NCBI GenBank assembly: GCA_964535955.1
Contig: CAZHVK010000010.1
Span: 1-43,724 of the forward strand
From: an uncultured Methanosarcinales archaeon
GTDB lineage: Archaea > Nanobdellota > Nanobdellia > Woesearchaeales > CAXGTL01
Length of the DNA stretch: 43,724 nt
Direction: 5' to 3'
The notes beneath the pieces are model-generated. The model saw only the letters and a list, made by a program, of their open reading frames with translations. It had not been told where the DNA came from and searched no databases. A program made the translations under genes and the position numbers. This document shows, one piece after another, positions 34,799 through 43,724 of the stretch. Position 1 is the stretch's first letter, and the number at the start of each line of letters is the position of its first letter.

Positions 34799-37700
34799 AT
34801 GAATAAGGTTATTAGTAAATGGAAGTTGGTAATGTTTATGATCTTGTTAGTTGTTGTTTTTTATGTTAGTTTTACTTTAGCAGTAAGTTCAGAACCTTCA
34901 TCTGACTTGGAATGGAAAGCATTAGGAAGAACATTGAACAATACAAGATACACTCCAAGTGCTGCTCCTGAAAACATGTCTTTAGAAACAGTGATTACAT
35001 TTACTGCACCTTTTAATGTGTTGTATGGTCTAATTTCAGATGGTCAAAATCTTTATACTCACACATACAGTACTAGTCAATATTCTAAAGAAGGAGTGAT
35101 ACAATTAAATCTTTATAATATAAGTCAAGAAGTAAATAATGTTACTATTGCTTATCAAGCTGGAACAAGCTGTGTTGCAGATGATTATGTGTATGCAATA
35201 GGTGGTTATAGTGGAACTGTTTATCAATATAATAGAGATGATCTATCTTTAGTTGGATATAGCACTCATCCTAGTGGTACTTCTGCTAGTTGTATTGTCA
35301 GTGATGATTTTGTGTATCATGGTGATTGGCAGAGCGGCATCATAGGACAATTGAATTATACAAATATATCTATAGAAAATGATTTTTACAGTGCTTATAG
35401 ACATGATAATGGTATGGCTATTGTAGGTGATAGACTTTATTCAGCTGGGCTTAATAGTATAATAGTTATTAATACTTCAGGTATGAATTCTATACAAAGT
35501 GTTGCTCCAGGAACTGGTTATGAAGATGGAGATCATGCAGTGATTGCAAATGGACATTTTTATGCAATGTATCCTGATGCTGGAGACGATACTTTGACTT
35601 TTATTTTTCATAGAAATGCTACTGATATAACACAATCGTTTAGTGCTGGTTATACTTTAGCAGGGGCTGCATATAATGCTCCTGCTTATGCAAATGGTTA
35701 TCTTTATGTTGGTGCATCAGACGGAGTTTTATATCAATTAAATGCATCAAACATAACTATACAATTTTCTAATTTCACATCAGGTGGTGCAATGAGTGGA
35801 ACAGGACCAGCTGTTAATGATGAATATGTTTTTATAAATAGTAATGATGGTAATTTTTATCAATTAAATGCTTCAGATGTAAGTCAAGAAATTGCAAGAT
35901 ATAATCATGGCGGTACTGCTTATGCAGATCCTATAATTATTGACGGAGCTGTTTATTTTGGAGCAAGCTCAACTATTTATCAGCTTGGAATTCCGAATAC
36001 ACCTAAAATCACCTTGAATAGTCCTGCTGATGAATATGAATTTTCAGCATCTTCTGAATCTATAACTTTTAACTGCTCTGCTACAGATAATGAGCAATTA
36101 GTAAATATTAGTTTATACATAACTGGTGAAGATAATAATGATTTTATTTTGAATCAGACAACAAATATTTCTGGATTATCAAATGAAAGTACTTGGACTT
36201 TAACATTGCCAGAAGGTAATTATACATGGAATTGTTTAGTACAAGATAATGGTAGTAATTTTGGTTGGGGAACTAATCAAACATTAGTGCATGATATAAC
36301 AAACCCTTCGCTTGATTTTGTTTCACCTACTTTGTCAAATGGAACTTTTACAACCTTGACAACACTTGAAATAAATGTAACAATAACAGAAAGAAATTTA
36401 GATAAGTTAATCTATGATTGGAATGGAACTAATTATACTTTGTATAATGATTCTTTAGTTTTGATGATGAATTTTGATAATATAAGTGCTTTAGGTGAGA
36501 ATGAAACTTATGTTGTTGATGTAAGCAATAATGAATTTCATGGAATTGTTAATGGAGCAACATGGACAAATTCTAGTAAATATAATGGAGGTTTTGATTT
36601 TGATGGTACTTCAGATTATGTAAATAATAGTATGATTAATCTATCAAATGATGAAATTACAATTGCTGCATGGATTAAAGCAGATAGTTTTCAGGCAGTT
36701 TCGCCTTTTATCTCAACTTTAGCTGGAATTGAAGAAGGTACTGCTGGAAATACTCAAACTGCTTTAATTAGGTTTGGTGATGCAAGTCTTGCTAAAGAAA
36801 AAATGCAATTTGTCTTAGCAAATACTGAAGGAGGACAGGTAAAATTAGATGGAACCACAACACTTCAAACAAATACATGGTATTATGTTGCTGCAACTTA
36901 TAATGGTTCTGATATGCAACTTTACTTAGATGGTGTTTTAGAAACTTCAGATTCAGGATCTATTTCAGGAGGTATTCAAGCAAATGGTAATTTTTATGTT
37001 GCTTATAGCAATGGTGGAAGATACTTTGACGGATTAATCGATGAAGTTAGAATCTGGAACAAAAGTTTATCAGCAAAGCAAGTTTACCAAGAATATGTTT
37101 CTAATCTAAGAAAATATGATATAGATAAATGGGTGTTATATGTTAATCAAAGTTTTAATGCTACACAAATCTTACCTGATGGAAGTTATAGTTTTCAGTT
37201 TTATGGTGAAGATTGGAAATCTAATAAAGGTTTTTCAGAATTAAGAGAAATGACAGTAGATACTCGTGATCCTGAGTTTACAAGCATTGCTAACCAAACA
37301 ATTGAATATGATACTACAACTGGTTTTGAGATAAATGCAAGTGATAATATTGATGTTCAATGTTTTGATATAAATGATACAACAAAGTTTACTATTAATT
37401 GTACTGGATATGTAGAAAATAATACTTGGCTGGATATTGGGCTTTATGGGTTAAATATTAGTGTGAATGATAGTGCTGGAAATTATAATCATAGTATTAT
37501 GTGGGTTAATATTTCTGACACATTAGAACCTGGTTTTTCAACTATAACTAATCAATCTATTTTTGATCAGGATGCATTTGGTTATGATATTGATGCTAGT
37601 GATGATTATAATGTAAGTTGTTTTGGATTAAATGATTCTACTAATTTTAAAATCAATTGTTCTGGTTATCTTGAAAATAATACTTATCTAGATGTTGGGT

Positions 37701-40700
37701 TGTATGGATTGAATATTAGTGTAAATGATTCATCTGGTAATCATAATTTTACAACAATGTGGGTAAATGTTTCTTATAAACCTGTAATTGGATTAGAAGT
37801 TACAACTCCTAGTGAAAATGTGAATGTGTCACAAAATGAATTATTTACAGTAACTGTAAATGTAAGTTGTACAAGAGCTGATTGTAGTGAAATTGAAGTT
37901 AGTCTAGATCCTGCAGTAGATTATACTGATACATCTCCTTATTCTTCTGTATCTGCAGCACTAAATTGTAAAGAAAGTGGTTCTGGAACAGTAGATAGTT
38001 GTGCAGATGGTAGTAGTTGTACTTATCCATTCCAAGTAGATTATATGTATATTGAAGATTTAAATAATACTGTGTTTACAGGAGGAGATACTGTTGAAGT
38101 AACTTTAACTGCTCATACAGGATGTTGCAGTCCAGATGCTGTATGGGCTTATTCAAATGAAACTACTGGTGAAAGCAATTTTAGACAAGTAGGACGTACA
38201 GTTAATATTGCTACTGGAACTGTAAATTATTCAAAAACTTTTGTTTTAGATGATGTTGAAGGTAATCATACAATAAGGGGAGTCAATATTTATAGCGCTG
38301 CATCAACATCTTTATTATGTGGTTATGATGAATCTTCTGGAGCAACATATTCAGATACTGACGATGTTATAATCTATGTTGAAGAATCAGGTGGAACAAA
38401 AAGTGGATTAGTTTCAACAACAGTAGGCACAACTCCTTTTTATACAAATACTACAAATCCATATAATCTTTCTTTGAACAATGGTTCATCAGCAACAATC
38501 ACTTGGTATGTAAATGCAACTGGATCTCTTGATGAGATTTATGAATTCTTTGTATATGCAAACCAAACATCTGATTTATCAGTAAGTAATCAATCAAACA
38601 AATGGAATACAACAATCGTGAGTGGAGACGATGAAAGTCCTCCAACAATTACACTAGATCTTCCTGCTGTTAATACTAATTATACAATCAATGTTAGTTC
38701 TATTAATTATTTTGCTAGTGATAATTTTGATTTAAGCTTGTGTTGGTATACAACTGATCTAGGTGTTACTAATTCGAGTCTTGAAGCTGCTAATACTAAT
38801 TTTTCTAATATTCAAAGTGTAGAAGGATGGAATAATTGGACTGTTTATTGTAATGATAGTTCTAATAATATTGGTAATGGGAGTTCTAGTTTTTTTAAGG
38901 ATAATATCTTCCCAGGATTTGGTGTTGTGAGTAATCAGACAAATGAATTAGGTAGTAGTTTTAGTTATGACATTGATGCTAGTGATAGTAATGGAATTGG
39001 TTGTTTTTATGTGAATGATACTACTGTCTTTGCTATTAATTGTAGTGGATATTTATATAATAATACTTTTTTGAGTTTTGGATTGCATGAGTTGAATATA
39101 AGTGTGAATGATTCTATTGGTAATATTAATTCAACTTTAATGTTTGTTAATGTGACTGATACTACTGCTCCTTATTTTACAGATGATGTTGTTGTTGACC
39201 AGGTTGTGGAATATGGAAATACTTTTGGTTATGATGTAAATGCAAGTGATTTAGGAAATATTAGCTGCTTTACTGTGAATGATACTACTAATTTTGTGAT
39301 TAATTGTACAGGATATCTAGAAAATGTTACAACATTAGGTATTGATGTGTATAATTTGAATATTACTATAAATGATACTACTAATAATCTAAATTCAACA
39401 ACAATGTTTGTTAATGTAACTGATACAACTGCTCCTAATTTTACTAATATTGAAAATCAAACAATTTCTGTTGGAGCAAGTTTAAGTTATGATATAAATG
39501 CAAGTGACCTGTCTGGTGTAAGTTGTTTTTATGTAAATGACACTACTAATTTTGCAATCAATTGTACTGGTCATTTGTCAAATAGTGTTTCATTGAGTAC
39601 TGGTATTTATAATTTGAATATTACTGTGAATGATACTATTGGTAATATGAATTATATGTATATGTGGGTTGAGGTTGAAACTTCTGTACCAATTGCATTG
39701 AATTTTACAGATCCAACACCTGTAAATGCTAAAACACAATCAGAAACAAATGTTGAGATAAATGTTTCTGTTGTTGGAGAAGGTATTGATAATATTGTGT
39801 ATAATTGGAATGGAACTAATTATAGTATGTATAATGATTCTTTAATGCTTATGATGAATTTTGATAATATTTCTTCATTTGGTGAAAATGCAACTTATGT
39901 TGTTGATGTAGCTAGAGGAAATAATGGCACTACAATTAATGATGTGGTGATTAATGACTCAGGAAAGTATGGTGGTGGTGCGCATTTTGATGGAGTAAGT
40001 GATTCAATTAATGCAGGTACTGATGCAAGTTTGAATATCACAGGACCTGTTACTGTTTCAGCCTGGGTTTATGCATATGCTTATGGTCCTTCTGATCATT
40101 CACATATAGTAGGAAGAACACCTTCTGACCTAGGAGCTTATGCTAATGTAAATTATTACATTGGTTTAAAAACAAGAGATCCTATATTTATTATTGCAGA
40201 TACTTCTACAGGTGTTCAATGTACAGATACAACAGATCTTCCTCTTAAGACATGGACACATATCATAGGTACATGGGATGGTACAACTAATGCTGGTGGT
40301 GTAAAGTTGTATACAAATGGTATTTTAACTGATAGCCAGACATCACCAATAACTGCTATTGCTGGAACTTCAACTAATTTCTACATAGGAACAAGTGATA
40401 ATTCATTTGAATTCAATGGAATAATAGATGAAGTTCGTGTATGGAATAGAAGTTTGAGTGCAGGTGAAGTTTATCTTCAATATGTTTCTAATCTTCAGAA
40501 GTTTAATAATACATTATGGAACTTGTATGTTAACCAGAGTTTTAATGCTAGTCTTGGGTTAGATGATGGTAATTATACTTATCAAGTGTTTGGTTTTGAT
40601 GGTTCTGGTAATTCAAACCAAACAGAGCAAAGAATCTTAACAATTGATTCTAGCATACCTGGTTTTACTGATTTTGAAAATCAAACAATAGAATATGGTA

Positions 40701-43700
40701 ATGATCTTGGTTATGATGTGGATGCAACAGATTCAAATGGTGTTGATTGTTTTACTGTTAATGATACTACTAATTTTGCTATTAATTGTAGTGGTTACTT
40801 AGAAAATAGTGTTATATTAAATGTTGGTCTGCATTGGTTGAATATAAGTGTTAATGATACTATTGGTAATATTAATTCTAGTATTCTGCTGGTTAATGTT
40901 ACACCAAGTCTTATTGTTAATTGTGAAGCAGGTGGTGCTTATCAACAAGATGCCCTTGTGTTGGTTCAAGGAAACTTAAGTGATGGTAATTCTAGTCTGT
41001 CTGGGCAAGTTGTTAATGTTAGTGTTTATGATTCTTCAGGTAATAGGGATGGGTTTGCTAATCTTACAACTGCTGATGATGGTGGTTATGAAACAACATT
41101 TTCTGATCTAGTAGCTGGTAGTTATACATTAAATGCTTCTGCTTCTTATTCTGGAAAAAATAAAACCTGTGTTGATACATTTTCAATCGGCAGTGCTGCT
41201 TCACTTGTGCTTGATAAGATTGTAACATTGTATAATATGTCTAATTCTTCAATTTATTATAATGTTTCATTAAAAGTTATTAATATAGGTGGTGGTGATG
41301 CAAGTTCTGGTAATCTTACTGATGCTAATTACGGTTCATTTGATATTGGAACTATTAGTGGTAATTCAAGTGTTGTTAGAGGTTATTTGAAAGAATTTGT
41401 TAGAAATTCTACAACTTATAATATTAGTTTGGCTGTTGCTAGTGTTAATGCAACTGATTCTTATAGTGGAAATGAGTTAAGGGTTAATTCTAGTGAAGTT
41501 GAGATTGTTGTACCTTCTGCTCCTGTTGACCAACAAGTAACATTAGTAAAAAATGTTTATTATAATTCTGAAAATTCAACACATGTTAATTATACATTAA
41601 CAATTGATTTTGTTAATTCTGGTGGACAAGATCTTGTATCTATAACTATTCTTGATTCTGATATTAACCTGAATACATTGATAGGTCTGAATAGGTCTGG
41701 AAATTATACTTATACTGATTCAATAACAGTTGAAAAAGCTGCTTCAAATACTAATAAGTTGTTTGTAAGATCAACTGCAACTGTTAATTCTGTAACCTAT
41801 AGTTCAAACCAAATAAGGGTTAGGATTCCGGGTTATGGTGGGCCTGCAGATGCTATTGTTGATGCACCTGCATCTGTGCAAGCATCAACTGATTTTGATA
41901 CTGTTATAACTGTTGCAAACCAAAACACAGACATTGGACAGGATTTTATAGTTGATTATTGGATAAGTAATAATGCTGAAACAACTAATTATACATCTGG
42001 ACAACAGACAATATATGTTGCTGCTTCTGGTGAAACTGATCTTACTGCAACATTAAATTCACCCTCATCATCAGGAACTTATAGGTTTAGAGCATTAGTC
42101 ACATGGGTTGGTGGAACTGCTACTGCTTTTGAATCTTTTACAGTGACTGCTGTTGCTAGTGATGATGATGAAGAAGAGAATGAAGGAGGATATGGTGGTG
42201 GAGGTGGTGGCAGTGGTCCTGTTACTGTGCCTGAGCCTGAAGAAGTTCCAGAAGAAAAAGAAATAATTCCTGATGTTCCAACAGATGAAGAAGATAAAAC
42301 AGCAGAAACACCATCTGGCCTATTGCCTGAATTAGGAACCGGGTTTGTTATAAAGATTGATGAGATTATTCCTGAAACAAAAGAAGAAGCTGAAATATTA
42401 ATAGAAAATATTGAAGAAAAAATAGAAAAAATTGAGGAAAAAATTCAAGAACTTAATTTAGAAAAACAAAGTTATAAATCAGATCAAATAAAAGCAAAAC
42501 TGGGTGAGATTAAAAAATTAGTTGCAGATGGAAAAATACAAGAATCTAATGAATTATTATCTTCTTTAATTAATGAATTGTATTTATTAGAATCTGATGT
42601 AATTGTTAAAGAAAAAGAGATTGAAAAACCAACATCTACTTATGATTATTCTACAACTAAAGATCCTTTGATTAGGATAATGATTTATATGTTGTGTTTT
42701 GTGATTATTGCTGTTGTTTTAGTAAAAGGTTTGAATTTAAGAGGAACAATCTTTGGTGTAAGTTTTGGACATGAACAGCAAAGAATAATCCAAAAAAGAG
42801 AAATAATTACTAAGCCAATGGTTAGACAAAGAGAAATAATATTTAAAGAACCTATTGAAGCAAAGAAGAAGTTTTCCTTAAAAAAAATAAAGATGTTTTT
42901 TGGTAAATTCAAAAAACCATATAAAAAGATTCAGCCAAAACAATTAAGAAAGGATCTTCTAGAGATAACAAGAGGCCAAGAAATAAAAGCATTAGAAGCT
43001 TATGGGTTTAAAGTTGTGATCAAAGATAAAGAACAACACAAAAGAAGATCAAATTTTATAACTCATACTAAAAACATAATAAAAGATGTTACTAAAGAAA
43101 AAGAAAAGTATGTTAAAAAATCTAAAAAAGAGATTATGAAATATAAAAAAGGTTTTTCAGGCATTCTTAGTGGTTGGTTCTCAGGATTAAAGAAAAAGAC
43201 TGAACAAGTAGAAAAAAGTATTGATAAATTTAGAAAGACAACTATAAAAGAAGATGTTGATAGGTTAAAAGCTTATGGATTTAGTGTTGTTGGAAAGGAT
43301 AAAAAAGAACAAAAACTAGAAGATAAAAGAGAAGAAATAGAAAACCAAATAGAAGAAAAAAAAAGAAAAAGAAGAGAAGAAGTGGAAAAAAGAAAAAGAG
43401 AAAGAATAGAGAAAGAAAGAAGAAGGAGAATGGAAGAAGAAGAGAGGAAAAGAGGGATAATTTGGCAGCAAAGAAGAAGAAGAGATAAAGAAGAAGATAA
43501 AAAAATAGAGAAAGAAGAAAAAAGAAGAAGAAAAAGAGAGGAGGAAGAAGAGAGGAAAAGAGAGAAAGAGGAAAAAGAAAAGCAAAAGAGAGAAAAAGAA
43601 GAAGAAAGGAAAAGGGAGAAAGAGGAAAAAGAAAAGCAAAAGAGAGAAAAAGAAGAAGAAAGGAAAAGGGAGAAAGAGGAAAAAGAAAAGCAAAAGAGAG

Positions 43701-43724
43701 AAAAAGAAGAAGAAAGGAAAAGGG
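34799..43724 (+). CDS. Giant cell-surface glycoprotein (>2,970 aa, 3'-partial): signal peptide, PQQ-like beta-propeller, two LamG domains, Ig/cadherin-like repeats, TM anchor and charged tail
   Basis: ATG 34799 (MNKVISKWKLVMFMILLVVVF). The same frame is open at every point checked up to the window end. LamG motifs FDGLIDEVRIWNKSLS and FNGIIDEVRVWNRSLS, many N-x-S/T sequons, TM IMIYMLCFVIIAVVLV at ~42677-42724. Confidence 0.9.
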   Translation, partial: MNKVISKWKLVMFMILLVVVFYVSFTLAVSSEPSSDLEWKALGRTLNNTRYTPSAAPENMSLETVITFTAPFNVLYGLISDGQNLYTHTYSTSQYSKEGVIQLNLYNISQEVNNVTIAYQAGTSCVADDYVYAIGGYSGTVYQYNRDDLSLVGYSTHPSGTSASCIVSDDFVYHGDWQSGIIGQLNYTNISIENDFYSAYRHDNGMAIVGDRLYSAGLNSIIVINTSGMNSIQSVAPGTGYEDGDHAVIANGHFYAMYPDAGDDTLTFIFHRNATDITQSFSAGYTLAGAAYNAPAYANGYLYVGASDGVLYQLNASNITIQFSNFTSGGAMSGTGPAVNDEYVFINSNDGNFYQLNASDVSQEIARYNHGGTAYADPIIIDGAVYFGASSTIYQLGIPNTPKITLNSPADEYEFSASSESITFNCSATDNEQLVNISLYITGEDNNDFILNQTTNISGLSNESTWTLTLPEGNYTWNCLVQDNGSNFGWGTNQTLVHDITNPSLDFVSPTLSNGTFTTLTTLEINVTITERNLDKLIYDWNGTNYTLYNDSLVLMMNFDNISALGENETYVVDVSNNEFHGIVNGATWTNSSKYNGGFDFDGTSDYVNNSMINLSNDEITIAAWIKADSFQAVSPFISTLAGIEEGTAGNTQTALIRFGDASLAKEKMQFVLANTEGGQVKLDGTTTLQTNTWYYVAATYNGSDMQLYLDGVLETSDSGSISGGIQANGNFYVAYSNGGRYFDGLIDEVRIWNKSLSAKQVYQEYVSNLRKYDIDKWVLYVNQSFNATQILPDGSYSFQFYGEDWKSNKGFSELREMTVDTRDPEFTSIANQTIEYDTTTGFEINASDNIDVQCFDINDTTKFTINCTGYVENNTWLDIGLYGLNISVNDSAGNYNHSIMWVNISDTLEPGFSTITNQSIFDQDAFGYDIDASDDYNVSCFGLNDSTNFKINCSGYLENNTYLDVGLYGLNISVNDSSGNHNFTTMWVNVSYKPVIGLEVTTPSENVNVSQNELFTVTVNVSCTRADCSEIEVSLDPAVDYTDTSPYSSVSAALNCKESGSGTVDSCADGSSCTYPFQVDYMYIEDLNNTVFTGGDTVEVTLTAHTGCCSPDAVWAYSNETTGESNFRQVGRTVNIATGTVNYSKTFVLDDVEGNHTIRGVNIYSAASTSLLCGYDESSGATYSDTDDVIIYVEESGGTKSGLVSTTVGTTPFYTNTTNPYNLSLNNGSSATITWYVNATGSLDEIYEFFVYANQTSDLSVSNQSNKWNTTIVSGDDESPPTITLDLPAVNTNYTINVSSINYFASDNFDLSLCWYTTDLGVTNSSLEAANTNFSNIQSVEGWNNWTVYCNDSSNNIGNGSSSFFKDNIFPGFGVVSNQTNELGSSFSYDIDASDSNGIGCFYVNDTTVFAINCSGYLYNNTFLSFGLHELNISVNDSIGNINSTLMFVNVTDTTAPYFTDDVVVDQVVEYGNTFGYDVNASDLGNISCFTVNDTTNFVINCTGYLENVTTLGIDVYNLNITINDTTNNLNSTTMFVNVTDTTAPNFTNIENQTISVGASLSYDINASDLSGVSCFYVNDTTNFAINCTGHLSNSVSLSTGIYNLNITVNDTIGNMNYMYMWVEVETSVPIALNFTDPTPVNAKTQSETNVEINVSVVGEGIDNIVYNWNGTNYSMYNDSLMLMMNFDNISSFGENATYVVDVARGNNGTTINDVVINDSGKYGGGAHFDGVSDSINAGTDASLNITGPVTVSAWVYAYAYGPSDHSHIVGRTPSDLGAYANVNYYIGLKTRDPIFIIADTSTGVQCTDTTDLPLKTWTHIIGTWDGTTNAGGVKLYTNGILTDSQTSPITAIAGTSTNFYIGTSDNSFEFNGIIDEVRVWNRSLSAGEVYLQYVSNLQKFNNTLWNLYVNQSFNASLGLDDGNYTYQVFGFDGSGNSNQTEQRILTIDSSIPGFTDFENQTIEYGNDLGYDVDATDSNGVDCFTVNDTTNFAINCSGYLENSVILNVGLHWLNISVNDTIGNINSSILLVNVTPSLIVNCEAGGAYQQDALVLVQGNLSDGNSSLSGQVVNVSVYDSSGNRDGFANLTTADDGGYETTFSDLVAGSYTLNASASYSGKNKTCVDTFSIGSAASLVLDKIVTLYNMSNSSIYYNVSLKVINIGGGDASSGNLTDANYGSFDIGTISGNSSVVRGYLKEFVRNSTTYNISLAVASVNATDSYSGNELRVNSSEVEIVVPSAPVDQQVTLVKNVYYNSENSTHVNYTLTIDFVNSGGQDLVSITILDSDINLNTLIGLNRSGNYTYTDSITVEKAASNTNKLFVRSTATVNSVTYSSNQIRVRIPGYGGPADAIVDAPASVQASTDFDTVITVANQNTDIGQDFIVDYWISNNAETTNYTSGQQTIYVAASGETDLTATLNSPSSSGTYRFRALVTWVGGTATAFESFTVTAVASDDDEEENEGGYGGGGGGSGPVTVPEPEEVPEEKEIIPDVPTDEEDKTAETPSGLLPELGTGFVIKIDEIIPETKEEAEILIENIEEKIEKIEEKIQELNLEKQSYKSDQIKAKLGEIKKLVADGKIQESNELLSSLINELYLLESDVIVKEKEIEKPTSTYDYSTTKDPLIRIMIYMLCFVIIAVVLVKGLNLRGTIFGVSFGHEQQRIIQKREIITKPMVRQREIIFKEPIEAKKKFSLKKIKMFFGKFKKPYKKIQPKQLRKDLLEITRGQEIKALEAYGFKVVIKDKEQHKRRSNFITHTKNIIKDVTKEKEKYVKKSKKEIMKYKKGFSGILSGWFSGLKKKTEQVEKSIDKFRKTTIKEDVDRLKAYGFSVVGKDKKEQKLEDKREEIENQIEEKKRKRREEVEKRKRERIEKERRRRMEEEERKRGIIWQQRRRRDKEEDKKIEKEEKRRRKREEEEERKREKEEKEKQKREKEEERKREKEEKEKQKREKEEERKREKEEKEKQKREKEEERKR
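43562..43723 (+). repeat. 54-bp perfect tandem repeat (3 copies, continues off the window)
   Basis: The unit encodes EKEEKEKQKREKEEERKR; copies start at 43562, 43616 and 43670. Confidence 0.92.

Noticed and set aside
43316..43693. Phe/Leu/Ser-rich 125-aa minus-strand 'membrane protein'
   Set aside because: It is the antisense reading of the purine-rich E/K/R repeat.

Overview
AT-rich archaeal DNA, most consistent with a DPANN (Woesearchaeales-like) chromosome. This is inferred from rpoL, PAC2, TrmB, METTL5, TATA/BRE promoters and bulge-helix-bulge (BHB) tRNA introns. From left to right: (1) a minus-strand operon of 7 mostly unknown genes, including an EF-hand lipoprotein and a stand-alone HD-domain protein; (2) a tandem Lrp/AsnC regulator, GNATs and a tRNA-Gly(TCC) with two non-canonical BHB introns, preceded by a duplicated 5' tRNA fragment; (3) a 13-kb operon encoding a CbbQ/NorQ-type MoxR AAA+ ATPase, a HEXXH+VWA partner and four large, divergent helical-repeat proteins that share a conserved C-terminal domain, two of them through an identical 189-bp DNA block; (4) an ~8-kb locus (23.3-31.2 kb) with a catalytic-domain-only tyrosine recombinase, two coiled-coil/winged-helix proteins, long non-coding tracts, 11-bp iteron-like arrays, a polarised 8-mer, a dif-like site and at least 10 copies of the palindrome TT(A/C)TCG-W-CGA(T/G)AA, which even distorts codon usage; this is a candidate origin/centromere/terminus system; (5) housekeeping genes (METTL5, nfi, rpoL, AMMECR1, DEAD-box helicase, B12 radical SAM); (6) a giant (>2,970 aa) LamG/beta-propeller/Ig-like surface glycoprotein that runs off the window end and is absent from the ORF track. 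All calls are by-eye motif recognition; no database searches were run.
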